A stretch of 64,000 nucleotides of DNA, taken from assembly GCF_006345805.1 (NCBI RefSeq), contig NC_043005.1, positions 86,676,001 through 86,740,000 on the forward strand, written 5' to 3'. The DNA comes from Octopus sinensis (taxonomy: Eukaryota). The notes beneath the pieces were generated by a model. It ran no database searches and was not told where the DNA came from. It worked only from the letters and a program-made list of their open reading frames with translations. Shown here one piece after another: positions 1-12,768 of this stretch (position 1 is the first letter of the stretch; each line of letters opens with the position of its first letter). Both the position numbers and the translations under genes were made by a program.

Positions 1-1488
1 AACTTACTAAAAACTTTGTACCCATATCTGGTACTATCCAATTCGTTTGAGAGTGGGATCAGTGCCATGCAAAAAAGTAATGGAGAGAGGGAGTCACCTT
101 GAAAGATGCCTCGTTTGATGTTGATGCTGTTGGACTGGCTCATCCCATTACTATGGCTTAGAAAGAGACGTGTGTTCCACATGGTCATGCTATTCTCTAA
201 GAATTTTGAGACGACAGGAGAGATCTTGTATATCTCAAGGGCCTTGAGTATCCATTTATGTGGGACACTGTCATACGCTTTCCTGTAGTCTATCCATGCC
301 ATACTCAGGTTTTTGTTTTTGCTCCGGCAATTCTCTACAATCATTCTGTTTATGAGCAATTGGTCTTTGCACCCATAAGAGTTTCTTTTACGACCTTTTT
401 GAGCTTGTGGAAGGGTAGAATTTTGTTCAAGGAAAGCGTACATTCTCTCCGTTATTATGGATGTGAGGATTTTGTAGGTGGTGTTGAGACATGTTATTGG
501 CCGGTAATTCTTTGGGATTTTGTGTCTTCGGTTTTAGGTAATAGGTAGGTGGTTCCTTCAGTCAGCCAAGCAGGTATTTGCTCTGGGTTCTGAATGACAT
601 CAGACAGAGATGCAGCGAGATGTTCGTGTACCTCTGTCAAACAATTCAGCCAGAAGTTAGGGATCCGATCCAGTCCTGGGGTTTTCCATTTATGAGCCTT
701 CCTAAGGACATACCTTAGCTCCTCTATTCCTATTGCTTCCCATTTCTGTTCTTCAAGATCATCCAGTCTCTCTTTCTCACGTTCTATCCAGTCAGCCTCA
801 GCATTAAACTCTTTTTCGTTGCTCCATACCTTCTTCCAGAACTCCTCCACTTCTTCAATCTTAGGTGGATCTATGTGTATTTTATTTTTGCCTATAAAAT
901 TTCTTTGCATCTGTCTTAAAAAATTTATTTTGTCGATAAAATTTGTTTCTTTTGTCATACCTTCTAAGCCGTTGAGCTTTCAACTGTATCCGTTGTTTCA
1001 ACAGTTCCTTAGTTGCAGGGAGGTTTATGAGATCTTTGATTTTATATTTTTGCTTGATTTTTCTAGCTTTTCTCGGCTTAATATTCACTCCTCTAGCAAG
1101 CTCATCGAGAACTGAAACATCCGCCCGCAGAGATTCAATCTCTTTTTGTATCGCTACTTTCCACTTAGGAGGTTCATTGACATGCCTGGCTTTTCTTTGT
1201 CATCTTAATACCTAGTTGGGTAGTTACTACTTTAGCAGTGGAATAAATGAGATTATTTAAGGTTGTCAAATCATTCCCCTTATTTCTTAAGATCTGTCCT
1301 AGGGCAACGTTATATGTCATGATTGTGTTGTTATTTCTTGTGCCATTTGAAAACTTTGATAGTGGTTCTCTATTAACCATGTCAGTGAGCTCAATCTTGC
1401 CGAGTTCTCTCATAATGTCCACTTTTGCTTCCATAATCTTTTCTCTATTATTCACCTCAAATTCTATGTCATATCTATTTTGGTTTTC

Positions 1489-1494
<6 letters not shown>
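1..1494 (-). mobile_element. R4/Dong-type (RLE-clade) non-LTR retrotransposon, frameshifted RT region; runs off window start
   Basis: Minus-strand frames read KWKTPGLDRIPNFWL, then after a frameshift PKNYRPITCLNTTYK...AWIDYRKAYDSVPHKWI and RGIFQGDSLSPLLF (RT motifs). The 5' end abuts a long (TAA)n tract. Confidence 0.85.
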
Positions 1495-1528
<34 letters not shown>

Positions 1529-1539
1529 GTAGTAGTATT

Positions 1540-1576
<37 letters not shown>

Positions 1577-1776
1577 GTATTAGTATTATTATTACTATTA
1601 TTAGTATTAGTATTAGTATTAGTATTATTATTATTAGTAGTAGTATTAGTATCATTATTATTATTATTATTATATTAGTATTATTATTATTATTATTATT
1701 ATTATATTATTATTATTATTATTAGTATTAGTATTAGTATTATTATTATTATTATTATTATTTTAGTATTAGTATT

Positions 1777-1819
<43 letters not shown>

Positions 1820-1853
1820 GTATTAGTATTATTATTAATATTATATTATTATA

Positions 1854-1885
<32 letters not shown>

Positions 1886-1906
1886 GTATTAGTATTAGTA
1901 TTATTA

Positions 1907-1938
<32 letters not shown>

Positions 1939-1969
1939 GTATTAGTATTATTATTATTATTATTATTAC

Positions 1970-2001
<32 letters not shown>

Positions 2002-2006
2002 GCATT

Positions 2007-2049
<43 letters not shown>

Positions 2050-2154
2050 GTATTAGTATTATTATTAGTATTATTAGTATTAGTATTAGTATTAGTATTA
2101 TTATTATTAGTAGTATTAGTATCATTATTATTATTATTATTAATTATTAGTATT

Positions 2155-2185
<31 letters not shown>

Positions 2186-2232
2186 GTATTAGTATTAGTA
2201 TTATTATTATTATTATTATTAGTATTAGTATT

Positions 2233-2293
<61 letters not shown>

Positions 2294-2326
2294 GTATTAG
2301 TATTATTATTAATATTATTATTATTA

Positions 2327-2358
<32 letters not shown>

Positions 2359-2371
2359 GTATTAGTATTAG

Positions 2372-2412
<41 letters not shown>

Positions 2413-2676
2413 TTATAGTATTATATATTAGTATTAGTATTAGTATTAGTATTATTATTATATTATTTTATTATTATATTATTATAGTATTAGTATTAGT
2501 ATTATTATTATTTTATTATTATTATTATATTAGTAGTATTGTTTTATTATTATTATTATTATTATATTATTATTAGTATTAGTATTATTATTAGTATTAT
2601 TAGTCTTAGTATTAGTATTAGTATTATTATTATTAGTAGTATTAGTATCATTATTATTATTATTAGTATTAGTATT

Positions 2677-2746
<70 letters not shown>

Positions 2747-2747
2747 A

Positions 2748-2779
<32 letters not shown>

Positions 2780-2814
2780 GTATTAGTATTAGTATTATTA
2801 TTATTATTAGTATT

Positions 2815-2848
<34 letters not shown>

Positions 2849-2941
2849 TAGTATTAGTATTAGTATTAGTATTAATTATTATTATTATTAGTATTATATT
2901 ATTATTATTATTATTATATTATTAGTATTAGTACTAGTATT

Positions 2942-2984
<43 letters not shown>

Positions 2985-3011
2985 TTATTCTTATTATTAT
3001 TATTATTTTAA

Positions 3012-3055
<44 letters not shown>

Positions 3056-3059
3056 TTAA

Positions 3060-3094
<35 letters not shown>

Positions 3095-3110
3095 GTTATT
3101 ATTTTAATTT
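1495..3110. repeat. ~1.6 kb compound (ATT)n/(ATTAGT)n microsatellite
   Basis: Directly visible; source of the poly-I/L/Y ORFs. Confidence 0.97.
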
Positions 3111-3135
3111 TTATTATATATATATATATATATAT

Positions 3136-3430
3136 GAATTAGAAAAGAATACCTTTATCAATTCAAAATGAACAATTAAATAACACCATCTAGAAAATTA
3201 CATATAATAGTGATATTAAAATTAAAATAACAATAATATACCGATGATTAAGTAAACAGGTGTCGTTATTCTACCAAATATATACGTTTTTATTATTATT
3301 TTGCAATTTACTTAATCATCGGTATATTATTGTTATTTTAATTTTAATATTTCTATTATACGTAATATTCTAGATGCTGTAATTTAATTGTTTATTTTGA
3401 ATTGATAAAAGGTGGGATTTTTTTCTAATT
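3136..3430. mobile_element. Foldback (long inverted-repeat) element in (TA)n, copy 1
   Basis: The left arm (aattagaaaa...ccgatgattaagtaaa) is the reverse complement of the right arm (tttacttaatcatcgg...ttttctaatt). A homologous copy lies at 36290-36620. Confidence 0.75.
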
Positions 3431-4187
3431 TATATATATATATTATATTATATTTTGTGAAATTTGATTTTGTATTTCTAAATTGAATTTTTCCCTGTAA
3501 GTTAGGAATAATATTCCCTCAAATAATAATTATATATATGCTACTGCATATATTTCGTGTTTTCTCCCCCACCAAGTAGAGCCTGGGTTCTCGTAGCTTC
3601 TCCTAGTTGTCCATCTGTTTCACTGAGGCAATATTCTTGGTGTAGTGGCGTTAAACAAAAGTCTTTTCTTATATTTAATATCTTTTCAGCAATTTTGCTG
3701 ATTTTTGAATATATTTCTTTCTCCATCTAATTTGTGTGTGCGTGTGTGTGTCTGTGTGTGCTTAATAGTATCAAGTTTTATTTGTAAGTCTGGTGATGTG
3801 CTATTTGTTTATATAGAATGAAAGCAGCGTCTTGTCCAAGTTTCCTGTCCATTTGCGTTACTATAGAATGTCTATATATCACATCGTCATGAAAATGTCA
3901 TTACACACGACGCTGTGTTTAAAAAAGAAAATAAATTAAGAAGTAGGAAAGTACGTAAATAAATCAATGAAAATTGAAACAGAAAAAAGAAAGGATGAAA
4001 GAAATGGAAGTGACCGCGCAATCACAAATCTCTCATGCCATAATGAACCTGCCAGCAATGTTTTGTAAACGACGTAGACTTCTGTCGAATATTTTTAAAA
4101 GTTGTTGACACTGTGTTGTAATAAATAAAACTATCTGCAAATTGAACAAAGTTTAATGTGGATACGTATATATGTATATATGTATCT

Positions 4188-4415
4188 AGCGACGAGCTGC
4201 CAGAAACGTTAGCGCGTCGGGCGAAATGCGCAGCCGTATTTTGTCTGCCGCTACGTTCTGAGTTCAAATTCCGCCGAGGTCGACTTTACCTTTCATCCTT
4301 TCGGAGTGGATAAATTAAGTACCAGTTACGCACTGGGGTCGACATAATCGACTTAATCCGTTTGTCTGTCCTTTTTTGTCTCCTCTGTGTTTAGCCCCTT
4401 GTGTAGTAAAGAAAT
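4188..4415 (+). mobile_element. SINE-B monomer (tRNA-derived head)
   Basis: Box B-like gagttcaaattcc; body gccgaggtcgacttt..cctttcatcctttcgg is shared with many other copies in the window. Confidence 0.85.
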
Positions 4416-4419
4416 CTGG

Positions 4420-4690
4420 CTCGTTATGCAATATGTGTTCAACTTATGTTGCGCCAGTCTCCCTTGTAGGATGGTACGAATGTTTGTGGATAATCTCATT
4501 TAATTGTTTCCCATCGATCTGAACAGAACAACCGGAAGGCGGGGATTTGCGGATTTCGAATTTCCCTTCCTTAATGTGTGTGTAAACAATTTCTGTGCAG
4601 TTCTTTCAGTAGTAGCACCTTCTTCGTACAAGATACGAACATCTCGAATAGATTTTGCGCGGTTTTGAAACCTCGACTGAAAGAGAAGGG
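4420..4690 (-). pseudogene. mariner transposase N-terminal HTH remnant
   Basis: ORF 4500-4892 contains YEEGATTERTAQKLF...RKGN, matching the mariner YGEGAxTERTAQKWFxRFRxGN motif. The rest of that ORF is (TACA)n. Confidence 0.65.
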
Positions 4691-4852
4691 AAGAGACGGT
4701 GTATACGTATAAACACAGGAACTCATACATGCACACACACATATATACATACATACATACATACATACATGCATACATGCATACATACATACATACATAC
4801 ATACATACATACATACATACATACATACATACATACATACATACATACATAC

Positions 4853-5376
4853 ATGGTGGCTGCTCCCTAGTTATCGAGTATGGCCATTGCATGAAGCTTC
4901 ATCAATGTTGTTATCGTGCAATGCCTGTGAGGAAAGGCTGTGCACTGAGTCAATCCCACTCAGTAAGCAACAGCAGCCATAATCCGAAAAGAAGAACAAG
5001 TCAACATCATCGGTAACCACTGAGCCGCAGGTTTTATGTTGGAGTTATCTCAGTTACCTGAGTTACCTTCTCCTAAAAGGATGCCCTGACAAAGGCTAGG
5101 AGTCCTTCACTCCCAATGTTTTAAACGCGCGATCGGGTACTCAGTCCGATTATTTCTATGACCCCGCGCGTGATACAGCCTTAAGACATTTATTGGATGG
5201 CCGTTGCCTCTCAAGAGTTCCTCCGCCCTTTGACGGGTTTTGTTTTTCATCCCGCAGGGTGTGCAATAAACACCCCTCTCACAAAGCAAGCTTGGTGGGA
5301 TTGCCGGTTTAGTCGCTGACAACCCGACCATACAACAGGTTGTACTGGGTTACATACAAATATACAGGCGAGCGAA
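4853..5376. mobile_element. Unclassified ~520 bp GC-richer insert flanked on both sides by (TACA)n
   Basis: Sharp boundaries into (TACA)n at both ends; no recognisable ORF. Confidence 0.45.
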
Positions 5377-5407
<31 letters not shown>

Positions 5408-5825
5408 CATACATACATACATACATACATACATAAATACATACATACAAAACGGAGAATAACAAATGAAACTACAACTCACGTTGTAATATTTATATAC
5501 CCTACATCATTGTATGAAACGATTAGCAGAGAAGCAACCCAGTTCAAGATAAATGATTTCAACAGGAATTTTTGCAGGGAAGCAGAACATTCTCTTAGTG
5601 GTTTGCATCGACCTTCCGATTCGTTCGCAACTGATACACTATTTCTAGCAATAGCGTAAACTGGTGCCATCTTATCCTACCATACATTAATCACAGTTTA
5701 ATCGCGATTTGCTTCAAGACATCAGATTGAATCTACTGGAGACTATATTTTTTTGGGTCACTAATATGTGAAGTATATTCTTACGGAAGTATATATTTAT
5801 ATATATATTATATATATATATATAT

Positions 5826-5872
<47 letters not shown>

Positions 5873-6324
5873 AAGAATGAGAGAGAGAGAGAGATGTATA
5901 TATACACACATAATACATATGTACATATATGTGTAGGAATATAAAAATTCATATATATACATATACATATATACATACATGCATATATATACATATACAT
6001 GTATGTATATATTCATATATATATATATGTATATATACTCATATATATACGTACAATCATTTGCACTTGCATTGGTATGTATATATGCACTCACTCACTC
6101 ACACACACACACATATTTATATATACACATATGCATACATGCATATTTCTGTATTTATGTGTAATTAAATATGCATACATATATATGCGTGTGTGTATAT
6201 TTTAATATATATATATAAAGACTCGGTAGGAAAGAGGGAAAGAGAGACGAACATAATACGCATGTTTACATACGCATACGCATTCATATTTGAGTAAATG
6301 CATATATATATATGTATATATATA

Positions 6325-6389
<65 letters not shown>

Positions 6390-6967
6390 TATATATACGC
6401 GTACCTACATAGAAACATATACATACATACATGCATTCGTACATAATCACATATATACGAAAGTCCGTACACACTTATAGATAGGGAAGCACATCAGCTT
6501 CAGGCTAAACAACTTGCAATGTTCAACAAGTTGGTGAAAGAGAGAAGTACCTCCATGATGACTACTTCCTTTTAAACTATCTGTCCAATCATATCGGCTT
6601 CAGTCAAAAGCACTTGAACGCTAGAGATGCAATAATGCATCAGGAACGTAACGGCATTCTTCCCTTGATCTATCGATTAAGACTTTTTCTGAGTACTGGC
6701 GTTATATAAGAAATATCAATCGATTTCTAAACCTCGATACTTACTTCTAACACCACCGCCACTACCAGCGACGCAATATCCACCACCACTCCTGTCAACC
6801 ATCTTGTCCGAGATTTCTACATGTATAAACCAAGACGGAATTTTGACAGTGACAGCAGCGATAGTATCTATACAACTGCCAAGTAATACAGAGATACGAA
6901 GAGAACATTTATTAATAACATCGTATGATAATTATTTTTCAGATAAACAAAGAGAGATTATTCGAAT

Positions 6968-7190
6968 GATATATTAGTATATTACTGGTATTTCTGTTTT
7001 AGAGACCTGGGCAATCAGAAAACAAATCGAACGTTATTGATGCAAAAATACATTATAAGGAGATGGAAATAATCCCCGCATAAAACTTGACCCAAGACTA
7101 CTGAATCTATACAGCTATAGTTTTCACTAACAGTCTTAATAATTAATAAAAAAATAATGGTATGGCTTCAATAATTTAAAGGTTTTTCGT
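6968..7190 (+). repeat. Unclassified ~220 bp dispersed repeat, copy 1 (copy 2 at 30899-31107)
   Basis: gatatattagtatattact...caatcagaaaacaaatcgaacgttattg...cattataaggagatggaaataat...ttcactaacagtc recurs 24 kb downstream; both copies end in (TG)n. Confidence 0.8.
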
Positions 7191-7298
7191 GTGTGTGTGT
7201 GTATGTCTGTGTATTTGTGTGTGTGTGTGTGTGTGTATGTGTGTGTGTGTGTATGTGTGTGTATGTGTGTGTGTAGTAATTAAAATTAGTAGAGCATT

Positions 7299-8075
7299 AG
7301 TATTTGGCCGATCCAAAAGTTCGTTCTACTTTTCAAGCAAATGTAAGTTTTAAACAATGCGAAATATTCAAATAATCTTTTCTACCGTAAGCACAAGGCC
7401 TGCGTTTTGGAGGAGGGGACAGACGATTAAATCGACCTCAGTGCGTAACTGGTACTTATTTCATCGATCCCGAAAAAAAGAAAGGCGAGATATATTCAAA
7501 TAATGATATAATTACTGTTTCATGCCATCATCTTCTGCCATCTTGTGAGCAAATCCATTATTCCCCGTTCGAAAAAGTTCCTGCTCTTACTGGCGAAAAA
7601 CTATTCCGTTTAAATTTCTGCTCCTTTTTCATGGTCGAAGATTTCTCCATTCAATGAATTTTTTTGAAGAGATCAAAGAAATTAAAAATGTGAGGCACAT
7701 GTAATGCCTTCAAAAGCTTCTCATACAAGCAAAACATCCTAGAAAAGATCCAATAACGTCTGTCGGCTGCATGTGCAAAGAAATGTGAGATCTGGCAATA
7801 TCGTGATGAAAGACAAGGTCCTTACGATTAGAAACTGTTAGACGCTTCAGGTGGATCGCTACAATTTAATTTGTCCCGCTGATAACAGTTCACAACCGAA
7901 TTGATGGTCCTGTCTACGGACAACACCCTATCGATCCTTTCAAATTGAAAGCATAACTCACTCCGGATGAAGTCCTGCTGTGGAGGTTGCTTGTAGTGGT
8001 TCGCTGCGTTTACTCCCATTACTGCTTGTGTTTCACGTTGTTACACGAGATCAATTGTGCAAGGGACCAACATAA
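7299..8075 (-). pseudogene. mariner transposase remnant (catalytic/C-terminal part plus putative TIR), interrupted by a SINE-B fragment
   Basis: Minus frames read NNVKHK.W, TINSVVNCYQRDKLN, NRKDLVFHHDIARSH, SLQKNSLNG, FFASKSRNFFERGIMDLLTRWQKM. TIR-like gccgatccaaaagttcgttc at ~7305. Confidence 0.8.
7376..7491 (-). mobile_element. SINE-B 3' fragment with target-site duplication
   Basis: atattcaaataat occurs on both sides (~7363 and ~7492); body atcgacctcagtgcgtaactggtactta. Confidence 0.75.
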
Positions 8076-9001
8076 CGTTCGGCCAACATAACGGCATCAG
8101 CATTACCATTGGTAGCACCACCTGAAAACATGAAAATATCAGTGCTGAAATGTGTGTGGATATTTTAGTTCAAATCACTCCTTCTTGCTGTTTCCCACAC
8201 AAACCCAAACAAGTATGTTCTCAAATACTCACACAAGAACAAACACACAAGCAGAGGTATATATGCATACATACAAATATACATATGCAGATATATATAT
8301 ATACATATATATGTGTGTGTGTGTGTCACATACGCGCGCTCGCGCACTGCCGCGCACATACGCGTGAACACAAGCACGCACACACATTCGCACACATATG
8401 TGTATCTGCTTTAAGTATGTTACAGAGATTGCTATTTAAAATTAATACTGCTTGTGTCGCACAGATCAAATACATATATATATATGTATTTACATACAAT
8501 TATACATACATACTTACACACGCACATACACACACACGCATATATATATATGAATATGTTTGAGTATGTGTATGTGTATGCGCATGCGTGTGTTTGCGTG
8601 TGTTTGTGTTTGTATGTGTGTCATATGTCTACAGTGACTGCATCCAGTTGCCATTTCTGTATCAAATTAGAAAGCTACATTTACTTTGATGAGTCAACGA
8701 TTAAAGCACCGATGCCTTTATTTGATCGAGAGAGAGCGAAAAAAATCGTAATTTAAGCTCACTTCAAAAATGAAAGACCATTATGTAAAACGTAGCTTTG
8801 ATAAACATCTGTAAAAGAAAGATGCAGAAGTCAGTTAAAACGCATTTCACTCAAAATTTCCTGGACTATAATATACTCGGTGTTAAATGAATAATAAATT
8901 TTGTTGTAAAATAATGGTGATATTTTAAAATTCACACCTTCCACCTGCGCTTGTGTAATATACAATCTTCATATATATGATATATATATATATATATATA
9001 T

Positions 9002-9365
9002 AGGCGCAGGAGTGGCTGTGTGGTAAGTAGCTTGCTAACCAACCACATGGTTGCGGGTTCAGTCCCACTGCGTGGCATCTTGGGCAAGTGTCTTCTGCTA
9101 TAGCCCCGGGCCGACCAATGCCTTGTGAGTGGATTTGGTAGACGGAAACTGAAAGAAGCCTGTCGTATATATGTATATATATATGTGTGTGTGTGTGTGT
9201 TTGTCCCACTAGCATTGCTTGACAACCGATGCTGGTGTGTTTACGTCCCCGTCACTTAGCGGTTCGGCAAAAAAGAGACCGATAGAATAAGTACTAAAGG
9301 CGGTGCTCCAGCATGGCCGCAGTCAAAATGACTGAAACAAGTAAAAGAGTAAAGAGTAAAGAGTA
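9002..9365 (+). mobile_element. SINE-A, near full length
   Basis: Box A tggctgtgtgg, box B gggttcagtccc, internal (TA)n(TG)n, 3' ggcggtgctccagcatggccgcagtcaaaatgactgaaac and (aaagagt) tail. Confidence 0.9.
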
Positions 9366-9402
9366 TATGCATACATACATACATACATACATACAATATA
9401 TA

Positions 9403-9582
<180 letters not shown>

Positions 9583-9587
9583 TATAT

Positions 9588-9634
<47 letters not shown>

Positions 9635-9648
9635 TTATATATATATAT

Positions 9649-9850
9649 AACGGGAAGCTTTATGAAAATAAACAAAAGACGAAGGCAGGTGGAAAACAAA
9701 CGAACAATTGTATTAGTATGGCGCTCAGGAAATATAAATAAAACAAGTCTTTAACGTTTCGAGCCTACGCTCTTCAACAGAAAGATACACAGAGAGAGAA
9801 AACACAGAAAGAAGGAGAGAAAAAAAATGCGTGCAGTAGCTAACGAATCA
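9649..9850 (-). mobile_element. ~200 bp non-coding element in (TA)n with a non-canonical minimal hammerhead-like motif (9747-9785)
   Basis: Minus strand reads tcttt CTGTTGA a GAGC gtag GCTC GAAA cg TT aaaga. A near-identical copy lies at 42773-42976 (+). Confidence 0.65.
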
Positions 9851-9855
9851 ACATG

Positions 9856-9900
<45 letters not shown>

Positions 9901-9904
9901 TATA

Positions 9905-9946
<42 letters not shown>

Positions 9947-10252
9947 TATCAGACAATATAAGAAACTACATTTAGTTAGTGAGTGAAATAATGTCAATAA
10001 TACACAAGTAATTATAAATACGGTAAATATTATACGTATCACCAACATCACATATTTCAGCTATAGCCTGTAGGTTTACCAATCTCGAATATTGAATGAA
10101 CATATTAACACAAGCATTAGTATCTAACAAATGACAGTTTGACACTCAATTAAATATATGAATATATTTTAGTCGTTTATTTCATTGAACCGCGGCCATA
10201 AAAATGTTTGTAACATCAAGCATCAGAACACAGAACCTGGCAACAGTCTTAC

Positions 10253-10338
10253 CTTTCCTTAGTTCAAAGATTGCGACAAAATCCAGTCCAGCATCGAGGC
10301 TAACTTCATATGAGAACACCCGCCAAATGCTGCTCCCT
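10253..10338 (-). other. Candidate isolated 86-nt exon (unverified)
   Basis: Minus strand reads gttagtttttcctttAG|agggagc...aaggaaag|GTAAGA; one frame is open (GSSIWRVFSYEVSLDAGLDFVAIFELRK). No homology recognised. Confidence 0.2.
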
Positions 10339-10604
10339 CTAAAGGAAAAACTAACTTCTCATTGTGGTGTTGCGGTACGGACTAATGCAGACTTGTCGTC
10401 CATTTAAGAAAACATGTAGTAAACGATCAACAAGCACTCGAGCAAACTGAGTTCTCAACTTACCAAAAGATTGGCAATGCACCAGCAGACCTCAAGAGAC
10501 TTCCATAAAACATGATTATCGTTTTACTTTACCGAACCCTGATTTGTCGTTCACGAGGAGAGAATTCATCGCGGGTGCGCTTGTGTGTGTGTACGTGTAT
10601 GAAT

Positions 10605-10770
10605 GTAGATGCAGCTTTCACACAGTTTAGAGCAACAAGATTTACTCACAAGGTACTGGTAGCCCTGGTGTTACAGTAGAAGACATTTCCTTAATTTTCC
10701 CCGCAATGGGACTGAACCAAAAGCCACGTTGTTGCTAAGCAAGCTTCTGAACCACACCACCATACCTGTA
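10605..10770 (-). mobile_element. SINE-A degraded 5' half
   Basis: actcacaagg...tagaagacattt...gggactgaacc...aagcaagcttct.aaccacac is the reverse complement of the SINE-A head. Confidence 0.6.
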
Positions 10771-11057
10771 CTGTTTAGCTACATCAGGCAACATTCTCAT
10801 TTAAAACGTGTTAAACGTTCGGCGATGAGAGTCACCCGTTACCTTTATAAATTCCTGGTGTCAGTCGTTGATGTCTCAAATGACTATCGCAACCGCTTAG
10901 TTTCCTAAACTTTTATATCAGTCGACTCATATTTAATCATTGTTATATCTTGATGTGAATTATTTATATACAGATATGAGCTTCATATAGATCACTTTCT
11001 CAATGATAAATTGTCTCTCCATTCTGTAAATTTAGTTTATTAATGTTATATATATAC

Positions 11058-11099
<42 letters not shown>

Positions 11100-11131
11100 C
11101 AAATATATATTATATATTATATATTATATAT

Positions 11132-11179
<48 letters not shown>

Positions 11180-11218
11180 AATATATATATACTTATACAT
11201 ATATATTATATTATATAC

Positions 11219-11287
<69 letters not shown>

Positions 11288-12603
11288 GCAGAGAAATTTA
11301 AACAACGGATGTAGTTTGATTAATGTCGCTTGGTTTAACAGAATAAACTTATTGATAGAATAGCACCTGGAATCAAGACAAAGGGTATGAATTGGTGCTT
11401 GATTGATGAACAGTAGCGTCAGTGTTTTAGTATATAAACGTTTACAAATTCTAAGAAACACATCAGCGATATTTAATAGATTTCTTTTCCTTAAATAATT
11501 TATTACAAGGCGCTGCAACCAAGCTTACTTGGATACTCAATCTGCTGGATACAACATTAAATCTTCCTGAAATAAAATCTAGCTGTGTGAAGGAGTTCGT
11601 AGTAACAAGGCCATTCACAGGAAAGATGAAAGTAAAACGCCTTTACATAAACTTTTAGAATTCCCAGGAAAATCACTATGTACCTGTCAAGGTATGTTAA
11701 AATGATTAGTTATTTATATTGGGATACTTTCTTCCAGACCTACCCTCTTCGGAAGATGTAAAAAATATTTGTCTCCTCCGTTTTTGCTATGTACACGACA
11801 CCAAGCAAATTGTGACCAGAAACATTGTTGTCCAGCAAATTGTGTCCAGCAAACTCATTAACATGTTTTCGAAAGTCCAAGGTCAATGCAAATAATGACC
11901 AACAGGTGTTTTACGTTGGTTTTGAAAAAATCAATGGAATTAGCAATTAAGGTTTTCTGGTGAACAAAGTTAATTTGTAGGATGTCATCTACGTCACACT
12001 TTTTTAATTACCTTCAAATGAACCAGATTATATTCCGGGTTGAAAAAATATCAATTAAAATTTGTTTTATTATGCAACATGAATCAATAGAATTCAAGAG
12101 TTACGACTTCCAACTTTCATAACTTGTAACACATATTTCACGAGAAAAATGGCCCTAGAATTAACGTAGTTATACATAATGAAGTTCTACCAAAATGGCT
12201 TTAGAAACGGTAGGAATTGTTGACAAAAGGTCGCTATGATTGTGGTCGATAAACAGCTATTAAAAACATTTTGAAAAAAAATGTCATTTCTCAAGCGTGT
12301 TTGAATTCTTTCATTGAAATTCATCGATAAAGGAATGCTTACGTTGCATTGTTTTTACGCCAGACGGCATTCTCAGAGTTGGAACTATTTCAATATTCTC
12401 GTTTGTTAAATATTTCGCATATATGTATATATTTTCAAATTTATTAAGGCTAATTTGTTTCATATTCCAAACAGGAAAAATGTCTTCATGCACACACACA
12501 CACGCAGACATTTCCAAAGAAGCTATATGTATTTAGCGCTTCAATTGGCGGAAATTGGTGTCAGCTGACAGTTTAGCATAATTTGAAGACTACTCAACCT
12601 GCT

Positions 12604-12652
12604 GGCTACGGCCATACTGCGTTCAAAATATTACTTCCTCGTCTGTATCGAA
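12604..12652 (+). pseudogene. 5S rRNA-like 5' fragment
   Basis: ggctacggccatactgcgttcaaaa...ctcgtc resembles the 5' end of invertebrate 5S rRNA (GCCTACGGCCATAC..CGTTGAAA...CTCGTC). Similarity is lost after ~50 nt. Confidence 0.45.
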
Positions 12653-12768
12653 CGACACACATTCGACGGTCCAAAAAGCCAAAGAATGGTAGTTTACTTA
12701 GTTTACATATGTTGTAACATATATGTATATATAATATATATATATATATATAATATATATATATATAT

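Noticed and set aside
1247-2925. ORFs of poly-I/L/Y, and similar ORFs at 43941-44762, 45072-45536 and 60110-60292
   Set aside because: Translations of (ATT)n microsatellites; no coding signal.
5040-5110. Possible HDV-like ribozyme (ccttctcctaaaagg...ggctaggag)
   Set aside because: P1 and P2 pairings and the L3 consensus could not be built.
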